A stretch of 64,000 nucleotides of DNA from Tricharina praecox (Eukaryota): NCBI RefSeq assembly GCF_024521635.1, contig NW_026250403.1, forward strand, positions 1,302,001-1,366,000, written 5' to 3'. Below, one piece after another: positions 14,009 through 26,551 of this stretch. The position numbers and the translations under genes are program-made. Position 1 is the first letter of the stretch. Each line of letters starts with the position of its first letter. Under the pieces are notes generated by a model. The model was not told the DNA's origin, ran no database searches, and saw only the letters and a program-made list of their open reading frames with translations.

Positions 14009-15138
14009 TCCGGGGAAATGGAGAAAGATACCGTGCGTATGGAGGTCTGGAGCCACAAAAGCCAAAGTCCAAACGTGGAGCTTGGGGCCGGGGGGGGGCG
14101 GGGAGGCCGGGGGGGAAGAGGGAAGGGGGAAATCGAAAGCCGCTGATTCTCCATCCGGGGAAAGATGGCGAAACTCTGTTTTTTTTTTGCTTTGGCTCGA
14201 GCTCGTGCTGAAGCGCTCGGTGATCGACGATTCCGCCATCCGGGGACCATCATGGACCATGGTTCGCCCGTCAGCACCTCGCACACCAAACTGGGGGGCT
14301 TCTCCCCAGATATGTACCGGTACTCTGCCTATGTTGATACCTAGAATATCCAAACCAACCACCGAACTTGAGGCAGGAGGGGGGCGGGGAATGCAATCTC
14401 CTGCAATTCCGCACGGGATAACGTTCTTCATCTCCACGGACTGTTGGGCCACTACCATAGGTACATACATCCACCCGGCGACGCCGTTCCGTCTTCGTAC
14501 CCGCCTCTAGACATAGCGTGCGGATAGTTAGGTAACTACTCACATATATACTCTAAAATCTGTCAAGGCCTCCTCCACGAAGGACTTGATATCTATGTAC
14601 TAGTAACCTCCGCTTCACCGGCGCCAATCAGAGAGTCGTGCAAGCCCAGGGTGCGGAGCGAAACAACCTCCCACCCCCCTGATCTCGTTACCATAGCTGT
14701 CGTGTGCCCAGCGCGTGCAAAGTGTCACTGGTACCGAAGCGGAGTAGGCAGTTGAGTAATGGCGGACGAAAGGGAGCGCAACCGTTTTCTGGTGGTTGAA
14801 GTCAGCCGCGATTGCAAACTTGGTGTGGCGATCATCGCTCGCCACTCTTGGCAACTGATGTAAACTAGTGACGCAACCAGCAACACAGTGCAGTTCCTGG
14901 AGTGTGGGACCACACTGGAGAAGCCGTAACTCCGTCTAGAAACAGGGTTGGAAAGAATAGCCGGTAAAACAGGGAGTGGGGAAGGCTGCTAGCCGAGCTG
15001 ATGGATGACCGGAGCTAAAGAATCCCTCTCCACATTTTGGTTAGTTTGTCTCTGCCACTTCGCCGGTACTCTAGGTATCTAGGTAAGTAGGGGGGGCGGG
15101 GAATGGGGGGGGGCGGCCCTGGATTAGCTCTCCCCGGA
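14009..15138. promoter_or_regulatory. Four TCCGGGGA motifs (CreA/Cre1 SYGGRG consensus) upstream of the acetate transporter
   Basis: TCCGGGGA at 14009, 14154, 14239 and inverted at 15131; TATATA at 15191. Confidence 0.45.
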
Positions 15139-15331
15139 CTTGCTGGTCTCTGTAGAGAAGGATGGTGGGAATAGAGTCTCGAAAGCTGGTTATATACCAG
15201 GCCGTCCATCCCTCTTGTTTGAACTGTGTCGAGCTCATCAATCCCCTCCCCCAACGTCTATCAGTCAATCAAACCCGCACCGCACCGAACCTTCTCCACA
15301 TTTCGGCAAGAACAACCTCCCAAGCGACGCA

Positions 15332-16360
15332 ATGTCTTCGTACACAAACTCCGAGAAGGTCGATGTTGAGTCTGGCCACCCTTCGGCCACTCACGTTGCC
15401 TACCACAACGCAAATGTTGCCAATGGTGTTCCCAACGGTGCTCCCCTCGATAGACAGCAAACCGCCATGCTTCCCGCTTGGGGGGGTGCCTTCCAGCCCG
15501 CACCCTACAAGCCTAGCTTCCGGAAGTTCGCCAACCCTGCTCCCCTCGGTCTCTGCGCTTTCGCTCTCACGACCTTCGTCTTGAGTTTGATCAATGCCAG
15601 CACCCGCGGCGTCACGAGCCCTTCCGTTGTGGTTGGCGCCGCTTACGCCTACGGTGGTTTCATCCAGTTGTTGGCGGGAATGTGGGAGATGGCTGTCGGA
15701 AGTGAGATTGATCCACGCTTCCCATGATCGGCGATGAGTAATATACTGACCAAACCCAACAAAGACACTTTCGGTGCCACCGCTCTGTCTTCGTACGGTG
15801 GTTTCTGGATCGCCTGGGCCCTGATCGAGACCGATGGTCTGGGGCTTATTTCGTCGTACGAGTCGAAGCTTGATGCCACCCACGCCGTTGGTTTCTTTCT
15901 TGCTGGGTATGTCGTGCAATGATCCGTGGCGATCCGTAGGGCTTGACGCTGACTTGGATCTAGATGGTTCATCTTTACCTTCCTCTGTCTCCTGTGCACT
16001 TTCAAGTCGACCGTTGCCTTCTTCTCCCTCTTCTTCTTCCTCGATATCACTTTCCTCCTCCTCACGGTCGCCCACTTCACTGGAGGCGCTGACGGCTCCG
16101 TTCACCCTCAAATCACCAAGGCTGCTGGAATCTTGGGGCTGATCACGGCGTTTATCGCCTGGTGGAACGCTGCCGCCGGTATGCTCGAGTCGTCGAACAG
16201 CTTCTTCACTGTCCCGGTAAGTTGTCATTCCGATTACCCCCAATTACTTGTGCCACCCACGGCAAATATATAGAACCAAAAACTAACGGTTATAACCAAG
16301 GTTATGCACTTCCCTTGGAGCGAGAAGGTGAAGAGCGAGAAAGCCGCTCGTTCCGACTAA
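15332..16360 (+). CDS. ADY2: GPR1/FUN34/YaaH (AceTr) family acetate transporter, Ady2/AcpA-like; exons 15332-15701, 15765-15906, 15964-16216, 16301-16360
   Basis: Family signatures FANPAPLGLCAF, YGGFIQLLAGMWE, NTFGATALSSYGGFW, AWWNAAAG; three canonical introns. Confidence 0.93.
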
Positions 16361-19300
16361 GCGATTGCGCCGATGATCACTCGGTGAACGATGCCGTTCG
16401 AGCCGGTCGGCGTTGCTGCAGAGATTTCGGAGTTTCCGGAAGAACCTTTATTTCTTTCTTTCCTAGCTCAATTTAGTGTGGAAGGATGATTTTACCGGTG
16501 CCGCTTCGATTTAGCCTTATGCGTTCAAGTACATATTGACTTGCAGTGTGTGATTGCGTCATGCTCTTTTAGTGTCTTTATGAGCGGGCATTGTTTTTTT
16601 TCCTTATGTCGTTTCGATTCTCACTATGTCTACCTGTACATTTCCGTCAGATGATATCTTTTCTTTATTTTTTTACGATTATCACGCCTTTAATTGAATA
16701 TGAACTCACAAATATAAATTTGTTGAATGAGATTGCGCTCAGAACCTTCCGTAGATACTCGCGCGATGACTAAAACTCGAAGACCAGCTTCGAACTCCTG
16801 AGTCCTGGCTCGACGCCGCGACGCTAAGCTTTTGACGATTGCAACCAGAGCACGGCCAAAGCCGAGACCATAGTTAGCCTTCCAGACTCCCAGTCGATAA
16901 ATCTGCCATCGATCCATCGTGCGAGGCCCTCCCCGAGCTCCCCACCCCCTGTGCCTTAGAGTAGGTGCACACACGCACAAGCTCTGAGTCCCAGGCTCGG
17001 CACGTTTTTGCCGTTTAGATAGATCAAATACTGGTCGGACCGGGACCGGGACCGGTCCCGCCTGGGGTATCTAGATTCTACCATCTAGATTAGGGACCCC
17101 CAGCAACGCAGCGAAATCTGGCTCGCATAGAGTACAAGAGAAACCCCGCTGACAGATCTAGAACAGATCGCGGAGTTGAATCTGGCAGCTCAACGCCGGC
17201 AGGCCGACCGGTGGTCTGAGATGTTAGAGTTAAGTTGAGTGGATTACTTTATCTGGCATCGAATTAGTGCTCTACGCGCAATGGCTGGGGGAGGCGGGGG
17301 GAGAAGTCTTTACTCATCGGTCATTTGTGGCCATGTGGCCGGCGGTCTGTGCGAACCGGGTTCCGATGTCGTATTAGGTGAGCGTGCTACCTACCTGGTC
17401 GTGTGTACGTATAGGTAAGGATAGGATAGCAACCGATCGGATTGTTGACAAATTGCTCTGACAGGATCTGCCAGTAATTGCGGGAGGGTTTTTTTTTTTG
17501 CTGGCTCCCTCGTGGCTTCTGTCGGCCGTGCGAGCGGGGGGCGGTAAAAGTGTTCCGCCGTGTGAGACGCGCGGAGCGCCTCCGGACTCAATCGCGCCCG
17601 AACGGCCCGCCGCGGCCACGGGCAGGCGAGAGACGCCGATTGGCTAGTCTCGCGGCGGTGGCTCTATTTGGTGTGGACGTCGTGATCTACTTAGGTCCAT
17701 AGATACGTCAATAAAATGATTTCCTCCCTCCCCCCCCCGCCCTCCGCGGCCATGGTTGTGGTCATGGTCACTCACTCGCTACCGTAACTTTATTGTCGTC
17801 GATGATTCACGTGAGCGCCTAATTTTCGGGTCAGATAAAATGGTCAAGGGAATCAAAGGATTTCAAAAAGCGATCCGGCGTTCCACAGCGGTTATATATG
17901 TGTCTGTCGGGGCGTGGTCATTTCGGGTGAATGGGGTTATTGCAGACGCGACGATGCGGCCAAGTGATTGCTAGACCGCGATTGTCTGAATTAAAGCCAC
18001 ATGCGCATGCAGGCCGATATTTTGTGCGACATAGAATATCGTCAGACAACAGCCGTGTAAAGAGGCGATTTCGGCCAAGATGGACATGATCGGAAGGCAG
18101 AACGGTCGATATGGCGCCCGAAAAAAGAAAAGAAGAAAAAAGAAAGGCCCACGGACCGGTCTCCAACTCGCGCGGGCCCGTTTGCATCGATCCAAAGTAC
18201 CGTGGAGTAACCGAAAGACAACACTCCACGTTGCATAATTGCTCACTCGTCCGTTTCGACCAACAAACGAAACACTTTAGGATCCTTGTGCGATTTCATT
18301 TGTTTTCTTTGGTAGGCAGCGGCGCCACATCGTGCTGGCTGGTAACGGGGTTCTAACTCCCGGCCGGCCAGAGTGGGCAGGAAAGGAGTGTGTTGGTTCG
18401 CCATAGTCTAGATAGGCTGTATGCGAAATAAAACAGGAATATCTCTCTCTCTATCCTTGGCGCTGATATCGCGGGCCAGAGTATGGTACAATTAATGCTC
18501 CGTACGGCAGTGCACTTTGTGTTGGATAACAGAATAGCCGTCCTTGGCGCTGATGGCCAATCACTGTTTGAGCACTCGTTTGCAGAACCATCCCTCCCGT
18601 TTCTTCGAAACATCATCTGCCGGCGTTGCGTTGACGCGGGTATCCCGTCCCGTCCCGCATCGATGGGTCTTCGGCTTCACGCAGTCCTGCCGTGCAACCG
18701 AAACGACTTTCGGACGCGGCTTCCCAGTGTTATCGCGATCGAACGTGTTTCCTCCTTGGCGGCCTGGCCCTCCCGCGAGAGATCAGTCAGAACAGCAGTG
18801 CAAAAGCGTTCGATCCTTACTCCATCATCCCGTTGGGGGGGTTATTTACCCCCTTCCGTTGGACGGAAACAAAAATAAAAAAGCCACAAGGTTACTCGTC
18901 GAGGGACCGCTTCATCCGAAACGATGTCGGCCGCCCCAACATAGCATGTGGTTACTGGTTACGGTTGTTGCGGCCGATTTAAGCCTTTTATCTTCCCCGT
19001 CTCCCATCACCTGCTGTTTTTACGAGGTGCCAATGCCTCTCCAGGCCGGAAAGCGGCGGGTCAAGACTCGATAGAAGGAGAACACACAATGAGAAAGAGG
19101 AGATAGTGGTTGATCGTGTAGGTATTATGTAGATGATGATCAAGAAAGATGGAGATGAAGAAAAAGAAGAAACCCCCTCCTCGCTCAGTAGTCAACCCCG
19201 CCATGTCCGCCAACGTTGATGCCCACTACTAACCGCATTCGCTTTCTCCCGCCGACAGGAGTCCTCCTTCACTTCATCCTCTCACCGACAGCTCCTCCAT

Positions 19301-21455
19301 CCCCGACAGCTCCTGCATTGCTCTGCCCCTCCCATACCCCCCTCTCGATCAGGCGCGCGGGCGTGATGTCGATCCCAACAATGTTCTGGGATCCCCCCCA
19401 AGCTCCCTGCCAACTGTAGAGTAAACCCGCTCGTCGAACGGTTTCAACCGCGACAGTGAGGGTTTGTCGGTAAAACAATATCGGCCCGCCGTAAAATTGC
19501 ATCGTGTCCACTTCTGTCTCATCGGTCCTGGATGTAGTTACCTAGCCCGTAGAAGGATTCGATGCAGCGACCACCGATGTCCCTTCAGGAGCAGGTGTGA
19601 TACACATTGAGTTGTACATATCACGGTTGGGGGTGGAGAGTCGGGTTGTTGCCATTGAGCGGAGGAAGAATATGCTGCTAAGGGCTTATCATGACTCGTG
19701 AGGCTTGTGGTGTGTCATGAATGGGATGAATGACGGCTGAGATTTCCCATACATTTTCATTACCATCACTCGGTAGCCATCTCAACCATACTTCTAACGA
19801 TTCCATACATGCTCTATCACTCGAAAAGTGGCGTCTGGAGGACGGACGCTACAGGTTGTTGTGCACGAGTGGTGCCTTGCTGGGCTGCTCCCGACAAGTT
19901 ATCTCTGCTATTCGCAACGGAAATGCATATTATTCGAGACAGTTTCCTAATCCATTCATTCTAACCACCCACCCCTCAAGCACTGGCCATTTATTAGATC
20001 GATTCCTCGCGAAACATCGGCCATGGACGCCTACGAGATGGTTGTAGGCCAAAATATGGAGTGTCCGGGCTCACCCGTCAAAAGACGTCGCTCCCGAACC
20101 GATACCAGAAGCTACTGGCAGGAGACGGGTCGATCCGCCCCCGTGTCTGTCGTCGGGCAGCAGCGCACCCCCACAAGTTATCACTCGCATTCCTATCCGC
20201 CACCGCGCGCAAGCGAAAATAAGCGCCACAGCACCAATTCCGGCATTTCTCTAATTCACTTCATTTCCTTCATCGGGGAGAAAGAGTCCGCTACTTAATG
20301 TAGCGTAAGTACTCTAAATCCCCACGTCATCTCCCGCTGCCCTCCGGCCGCAGCCGCATGGCGAGATCTTATCCCATCCCATCCATCCCTCCCATCCCTC
20401 CTATCCCTCCCATCCCTTCCCATCCCTCCCCTATGTGTTGCATGCATCCGAGTTGCGCTAGTGAACTCTACTACATGCCACGAATCATTCCAATTTCCCC
20501 GCCCGCTGCCTGCGGATTTCTGCCAGCCAGTGATCGCGCAACCCGTAGGTGACAAGTACTTAGTTGACGATGTACCGGTATGCTTGCGTGCGTACAACAC
20601 GCGGCGAACAGGCATCAATGGCCGGTACGTACCTGCATATCCACATTGGCAAAAAGGTACTCTACGTACCGTATGTAGGTAACCATAGCGCGCCCCCCAG
20701 GAACCCCCGGAGCTGAGAGCCCTCACTTCAGGCGTGTACTTCAGCCTTCAGGTGTGTGTGTTCCTGGCACGACCGAACCCAGCAACAATACGCCAACACC
20801 GCCAGCCCGCCGAAAAAAGTACTCCCCATCCGTATCCGTCGGTACATAACATGCCAACATGCCAACATGCCAACATTCCTTCCCCCACGAGGGGGATGTA
20901 TGCAGGTAGCGCAATCTTAGTTCTTTCCTCTCCCTGCCTACGACCTGCCGGCCCCGCAGACGCGACATGCGCCTCTTCTCTCTCGAGCAGACTCGAGCAT
21001 CCCAGCCCCCCCCCCCGCCTGCGTCGTGCGACGTGCGACGTTTCTAAAAGAGAAAACTCTGGCAATAAACTGAGCTGTGATTCGTCTATCAACTACCTGT
21101 GAAACCTGCGCGGGGGGACGACGAGACGAGACGAGAGACGAGGCCGAGATATAAATTCGTGTGCTGCCGCGGCGCCGCCTGCGGGTAGGTAGCATACCTA
21201 TATAGGTGCTCGAGAGTAGAGCAATCAAGGCTCACTATGTATGTAGTACCTATGACGGCGGTAGTTGTTCCTCACCACGGCGAGATGTTACGCCGCCGTG
21301 CTTGATACGTTATGTACATTCTCTGCGGAGCGGTGATAGCGGGCACTCGAGTGACGGGCAATGACCACTCGCCCATCCTCGCCCATCCTATCCCATCCGA
21401 GCACGAGCATAAGCATGAGCTCGATCGTGAGCTCGACCATGAACTCTGAGGCTAA

Positions 21456-21890
21456 GGGCCCGTTTGGATGGCCTCAGTTTTGGCGAAAACTGTCAGTTTT
21501 TCGAGAAACTGAGCAAATGGAACTAAGACCCCGTTTGGATGGCACAAAAAAATTAAAATTCAAAAACCGAAACTGTGCGGCTCCAGCGACAAAACTGGTA
21601 CCGACCTCGAGAGGTCAGTTCTTTGCCGCCACTCAGTATCGCATTTTAACTTCAACCATGGACTCCCTTTGCGGGGAAGAGAAAAAAGCGGGGCTACAAT
21701 GTGTCCACTATTAAAGTTCTGGTGAAGCCTATTATTCAGACTTATGGCTGGGTAATCTGAGAACTGCCAAACACTCTGTTCACCTCACAGTTCTCCGGAA
21801 ACTGAAACTGGACAGAATTCGGTGTCCCGTCGGGGAACTGAATTTCGCTCTAAAACTGCAATTGAAAACTGAGGCCATCCAAACGGGCCC
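21456..21890. mobile_element. 435-bp non-autonomous MITE, PIF/Harbinger (Tourist-like)
   Basis: Perfect 26-bp TIR GGGCCCGTTTGGATGGCCTCAGTTTT at both ends; TAA direct repeat at 21453-21455 and 21891-21893; internal AAACTG subterminal repeats; no transposase. Confidence 0.92.
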
Positions 21891-23613
21891 TAAATAAGTA
21901 GCGTGCCACCTCGACTGTTATCTTCATTTTCGCCGACCGCGCGCTTGCTGAAATGTGAATGCATAAAACCCCGCCGTCCCCCGTTCCCCGTCCCCGTCCC
22001 CGTCCCCCGTCCTCTCGCACAACTGTCTCCCGCGCAACTGTCTCCCAGCCTCCCGCCTCCAGGACGCCGCATGCTCCGGTTCATATGGCTCTGGCCCCCC
22101 CACATAATTGATTGCGCACCGGACACAGCGCATGACAACCAGCCACTTGCACTGCACTGCACCACTGCACTGCACTGCATGCCACCACCGGGCCCAGACC
22201 CGCCAAAACGGGCATCGGTATGCGGCGTGTAACGTGCGACCAGCGACCGCAGCAGCCGCCGTCTTAACCGCCGCTCGCCGCCGCCGCCAGGCACACAGCG
22301 ATGCGGTGCCATCATGTCACAACCAAAGACCTTTTTTTTAGTCTCCAGCCCAGTGCACACTCTCTTTGCAGCGATATGGTATCATACCAGTAAGAACCCC
22401 ACGCGGAGTACCAAGTTTTTGGGAAAGCATGGAAAGCATGGAAGCGAAGCAAAAAGAAAAGCATTTCAAAGCAGCAAGATCAAAAAAAAAAACACACATA
22501 CAGAAGGCATCTCATCTCAGCAACCACCAACCAAGTAGATAGACAGACCCATTAACCCTCCCGTATATATATCGTTCTCCTGCCCTTTCGTCACAGCATC
22601 ATCACTGACAAATGAAAGAAAAAAAAAAGCTTCATCCACATCTCCCTACACATCTCCTCTCACCCACTCCCCACTCCCCCTACCCCCTCCTCTTCTCATC
22701 CACAGTCTATCAAAAAGCGGTATAAGGTATAAATAAACAGACAGAAGAAGAGACAAAGGGAACAAGAGTAAAAGCGAGGAAAGCATAGGTAGGTAGGTTA
22801 GGTAGGTAGCAAAGCAAACAACAGCCAGAAAGCCAGCCAAGCAAAGCAGCGAGACGGAAGAGCAAATGCGCGCAGCAGGATCGAATGTGCATTCAATTGT
22901 CTCCTTCCCACCACAACACCACCCCCAACCGCCTACTTCGAACAACAGTCTGTCTGCTCCACTCAACACCACACCAACTCAACTGCCCCATCACCAACAC
23001 AACCGCACTCCGCCTCCGCCATGGCGTAAAAAAACATTCTTGTGCCTTTTCCTCTCTCAGCATGGTTGCATCCAAAAGCTCACTCCCAAAACCGCCTCCT
23101 CAGCTCGCCACTCCACATCTTCCGCCCAAAAAGGAGAAAAACATCCACCACCACCACCGGAGACCATAGAAAAAAGAAAGTCAACCATCCCCGGGTCTGT
23201 GTAAGTATAACACGATGAAAAAGGAGAGAACAAGGACTAAAACTCGCTAGAACGACAAAAAAAGACACTATGCCCAACTTGATGCAAAAAGACAGGGTGT
23301 AGAATAAACAAAACGTGCAGCAAGCGACAGAAGTCGCATCGGTGACAAGGAAGAAGAGTAATAAGAAGAAGAAGAGTTTTGCTCGCAAAATAGGCAAGAA
23401 TATTTTTTCACATTGTATTGATTGATTTGGGATAAAAAAAAGCCAAAGCCAATTTGAGCGGAAGCAGACGCGGCGAAAACTCCTCCTCCGTTGTATCGAA
23501 TTCCATTGGTTGACGAGAGACTGAATGCACGGCAAACAATTCGGGGGGAATGGGCTGGATGAACGGTGACAATCTGGCTTGAAAGAAATCGATCTCGTGA
23601 AGTGGAGAACAGT

Positions 23614-24874
23614 TTACTGTACGTAGTAAACTTGGTTGGGCGGTGTCGGGGTGACGGGCATCCGCTGGGATGGGCATGAATCATCGACATAGTATCCGGC
23701 GTTAGGCGTAACTGGAGGTGTTATGTATCCTGCGGTCGCTGGGTATCCCGAGGACGCCTGCTTCTGAGGAGTCATGCAGCCGTCGAACTTCTCCGAGGTT
23801 TCCCGCTGACTACCGTACACTTCCGAAGGGGGCGTAGGGGGCGACCGCTGACGCGCGATTGCTGCCTGCTGTGCCATAAAGTCCTCCAGCATGGTGGACA
23901 CACCCGCGAATTCGGGACTCGCGTATTTCTGAACGAGAATCTCCGACGGGTTGTGCAACTGCTGGGAAAGGAGCACCAGAACATTCGTGTCAAATTTCTC
24001 GGCCCACTCAGAATGTGTCGGCATGGGACGGCTAAGGATGTGACGGGCAAGGGCCAACGAGGTGCGAGCCATGACGGACGGGCGGGTGCTGACGAACTCC
24101 TTGTGGAAGAGTGCGATTTCGGAAAGGTACCTGGCCATCGCCTCGACCTCGGGGTCGTAGTGAACCTCCTGCAACACCATCTGGAGGAAGCTCTCGACCG
24201 TGGGATGACCAACCACCCAGCCCAACGTCTGCAGAACATGCCACTCCATCTGGATGAACATGTCCTCGTCGTAGAGGTTGCAACACATGGACTTGAGCTC
24301 CCGAATGGTCGGCACGCGATCCTTCTTGTCCCCGTACTTAGCAGCGATGAGCATGGCCGCACAGCCGACGAGCTGATAGTGACGCTTGTATACAACCCTG
24401 CGCGAGCAGTATCGATCGAGCAAGTTGACGGTCAGGTGGAGGGTTTCCGGAAGGAGCGAGAAGGCAGTGTGGGCCTCGATGAGAAAGTCGAGCAGGTAGG
24501 GACGCATGAACCATTGGATCTCGGTCTGGATGTCTATGCTGGCGACGTCGGGAAGAGTGATATTCTGTATACCTATGTAAGCAAGACCGAACAACCCGAG
24601 GGAGGGGGCGGGAGGGGAGATTGGATGTAGCGCGAACCTCCATGTACTCCATGTGGTCAAGAACATCCTCGAGGTACTCCTCGGCCACGGTGCGCGACAG
24701 CTCCTCCGCAATATCCATCTGAGTTTCGGCGTGCATGCGTGCAAGCTCCTGCTTCGACCTCTGGGCGACAAAGATACCGTCATTGTCATCCCGATCCATG
24801 GACTCGACAAAGTAGGAGTCGCAAACAGGGCGCTGCTGATGAGGCTGCGCGGGACCGGTGGGCTCGTACTCCAT
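23614..24874 (-). CDS. G1/S-type cyclin (Cln/Ccn1/Puc1-like), 395 aa; exons 24874-24638 and 24564-23614
   Basis: Cyclin box IQWFMRPYLLDFLIEAH..ETLHLTVNLLDRYCS..YQLVGCAAMLIAAKY..MEWHVLQTLGW; C-terminal PEST with TP/SP CDK sites; intron 24637-24565 (GTTCGC..CAG) joins MEYME to NITLPDV. Confidence 0.93.
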
Positions 24875-26483
24875 GATTGCGATGGGTGTTGGTGTTTATT
24901 AATGAGCGGACGTTGGAACTTCGGGTAAAAGTTGGACTGACAGGACCGCCGAAAAAATGCACGAGTGGAAAAAAAACAAAAAACAAAAGTATTAAACAAT
25001 TAGGAGTAATTCGCTGAAGGGTATTGAAAAAGCGAATAACGATCGAAAAAAATGTGTAGCTGAATAAACAATGTCTAGGGAGTGACTGTGAAAGCGAAAA
25101 TGAAAGACGGGATGTCTTTGAAGATCCGAATATCGGGAGAGGGTGTGGGGGGAGTAGATCGGTTTATGGACTATGGGTGCTATTACGAACTCTCAGCGAA
25201 CGTTCTCCATGAGTTACGATAGCGAGAGGAATGGGTTGGGTGTGGCAGAGGCTTTCAGGATGTCTACATACCTCGCACACTAACTGCAGTAGCGTGGCAG
25301 GGCAGCGATGGGAATCCAGAATATCAGGAGTGTTGCCGTGATGTCTGGTCTCCGCAATGAGCCCCTTATTGAAATGGTCCGTCTACCAGTGTCAAATCCG
25401 AGGGAGAGCAACTTGGCCAAAGCACAAAGCACTATGACGCTCGAGGATGGTGTGGCGGTGGGGTTGACCAAGTATAATCGGAGAGGGGTTGGATTCCGAT
25501 TGTGCCTGTGGACAACAAAGAATACTCTCGGAGAATGACTTCCTTAACTCAGAAGAAGAACGAGCTAACGTCTCTGAGAAGAAGGAGAGCCAAAGGGGGT
25601 ATCGAAAGCCGACGGAAGCCAAAGTTGACGGGGGGGGGCCGTAACCGACGACCGTGCGAAACCACGAAGACGAGTGGGCGACAGTGTTGTGTGCTTTGTG
25701 AGTTGTCCTGGACCAAAAGCGCTCTCCAGAGATGCGAGGGGTTCTCGAGGACGGGTGGTGGATGGGATGGGTGGTAAAGGGGTGGAGCAAGTTGGTAAAG
25801 GGAAATGCAGGATATGAAGGAGCGTGGTCAACCTGGGCGACAAGGGATCGTTATGTTAGTCAGAAAAACACGGACATGGTTTCGGAACTAAACCGGAGGG
25901 AGCACAGAGACAGAAAAAAAAAGAGGGAATTCAGTTGCGGGGACAACGAAAGGAAACGACGTTTAGACAAGACGAGACGCGACGAGAAAAGCATAAATTG
26001 ATACCAGAGGGGGGAGGAATATGGCCAGAAGGGGGTAGTTTGGAGGACAGTCTGGCTGGTTTTTTGTACATAGTCTGGTATGAGATATCCAGGGTAGTTA
26101 ACGTGTTGGGGGGAAGGGGGTATATGGGCCGGTTATGTGAGCGAATAGAGCAAGTGTGAAGCAGGTAGGTATGAGGCTGGGGGCGGTGTTTCCTTGTCTC
26201 TTTCCCTTCAACTTTCTTGCTTTGGGGAGCAGAAGAAGGAGAACACGTAGCGAGCCGGCAGGCCTCTTCCCGTAGATGTTCAATCGTGGCCGGAAGGCAC
26301 TGACTCGGACGGGCGGCGGGCCGGCCAACTGGCATGCAGTGGTGAGCCACGGGGGAGGTCCGAGCGCGAGGAGATAGATATTTCTCTTGGCGGGGGCTCC
26401 TCTTCACCTCCTTCACCTCTCTTTCCTCTTCCCTCTCCTCCCGGCTCTACCAACTGGCATCCGGCACTGACAAGGAGAGGGAG

Positions 26484-26551
26484 TGGTGGTGGTGGTGGTG
26501 ATGGTGATGGTGATGGTGATGGTGATGGTGGTGGTGGTGGTGGTGGTGGTG
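26484..26551. repeat. (GGT)n/(GATGGT)n compound microsatellite
   Basis: Directly visible. Confidence 0.9.

Noticed and set aside
15269-16243. 324-aa antisense ORF over the acetate transporter, and similar shadow ORFs over LYS12, CDC40, the cyclin, THI4 and SRS2
   Set aside because: Expected by-product of GC3-biased codon usage on the real strand; no protein motifs
24638-24999. N-terminal part of the 461-aa cyclin ORF in the ORF track
   Set aside because: Starts at a non-ATG codon in a different frame from the true first exon; splicing 24637-24565 gives the coherent protein
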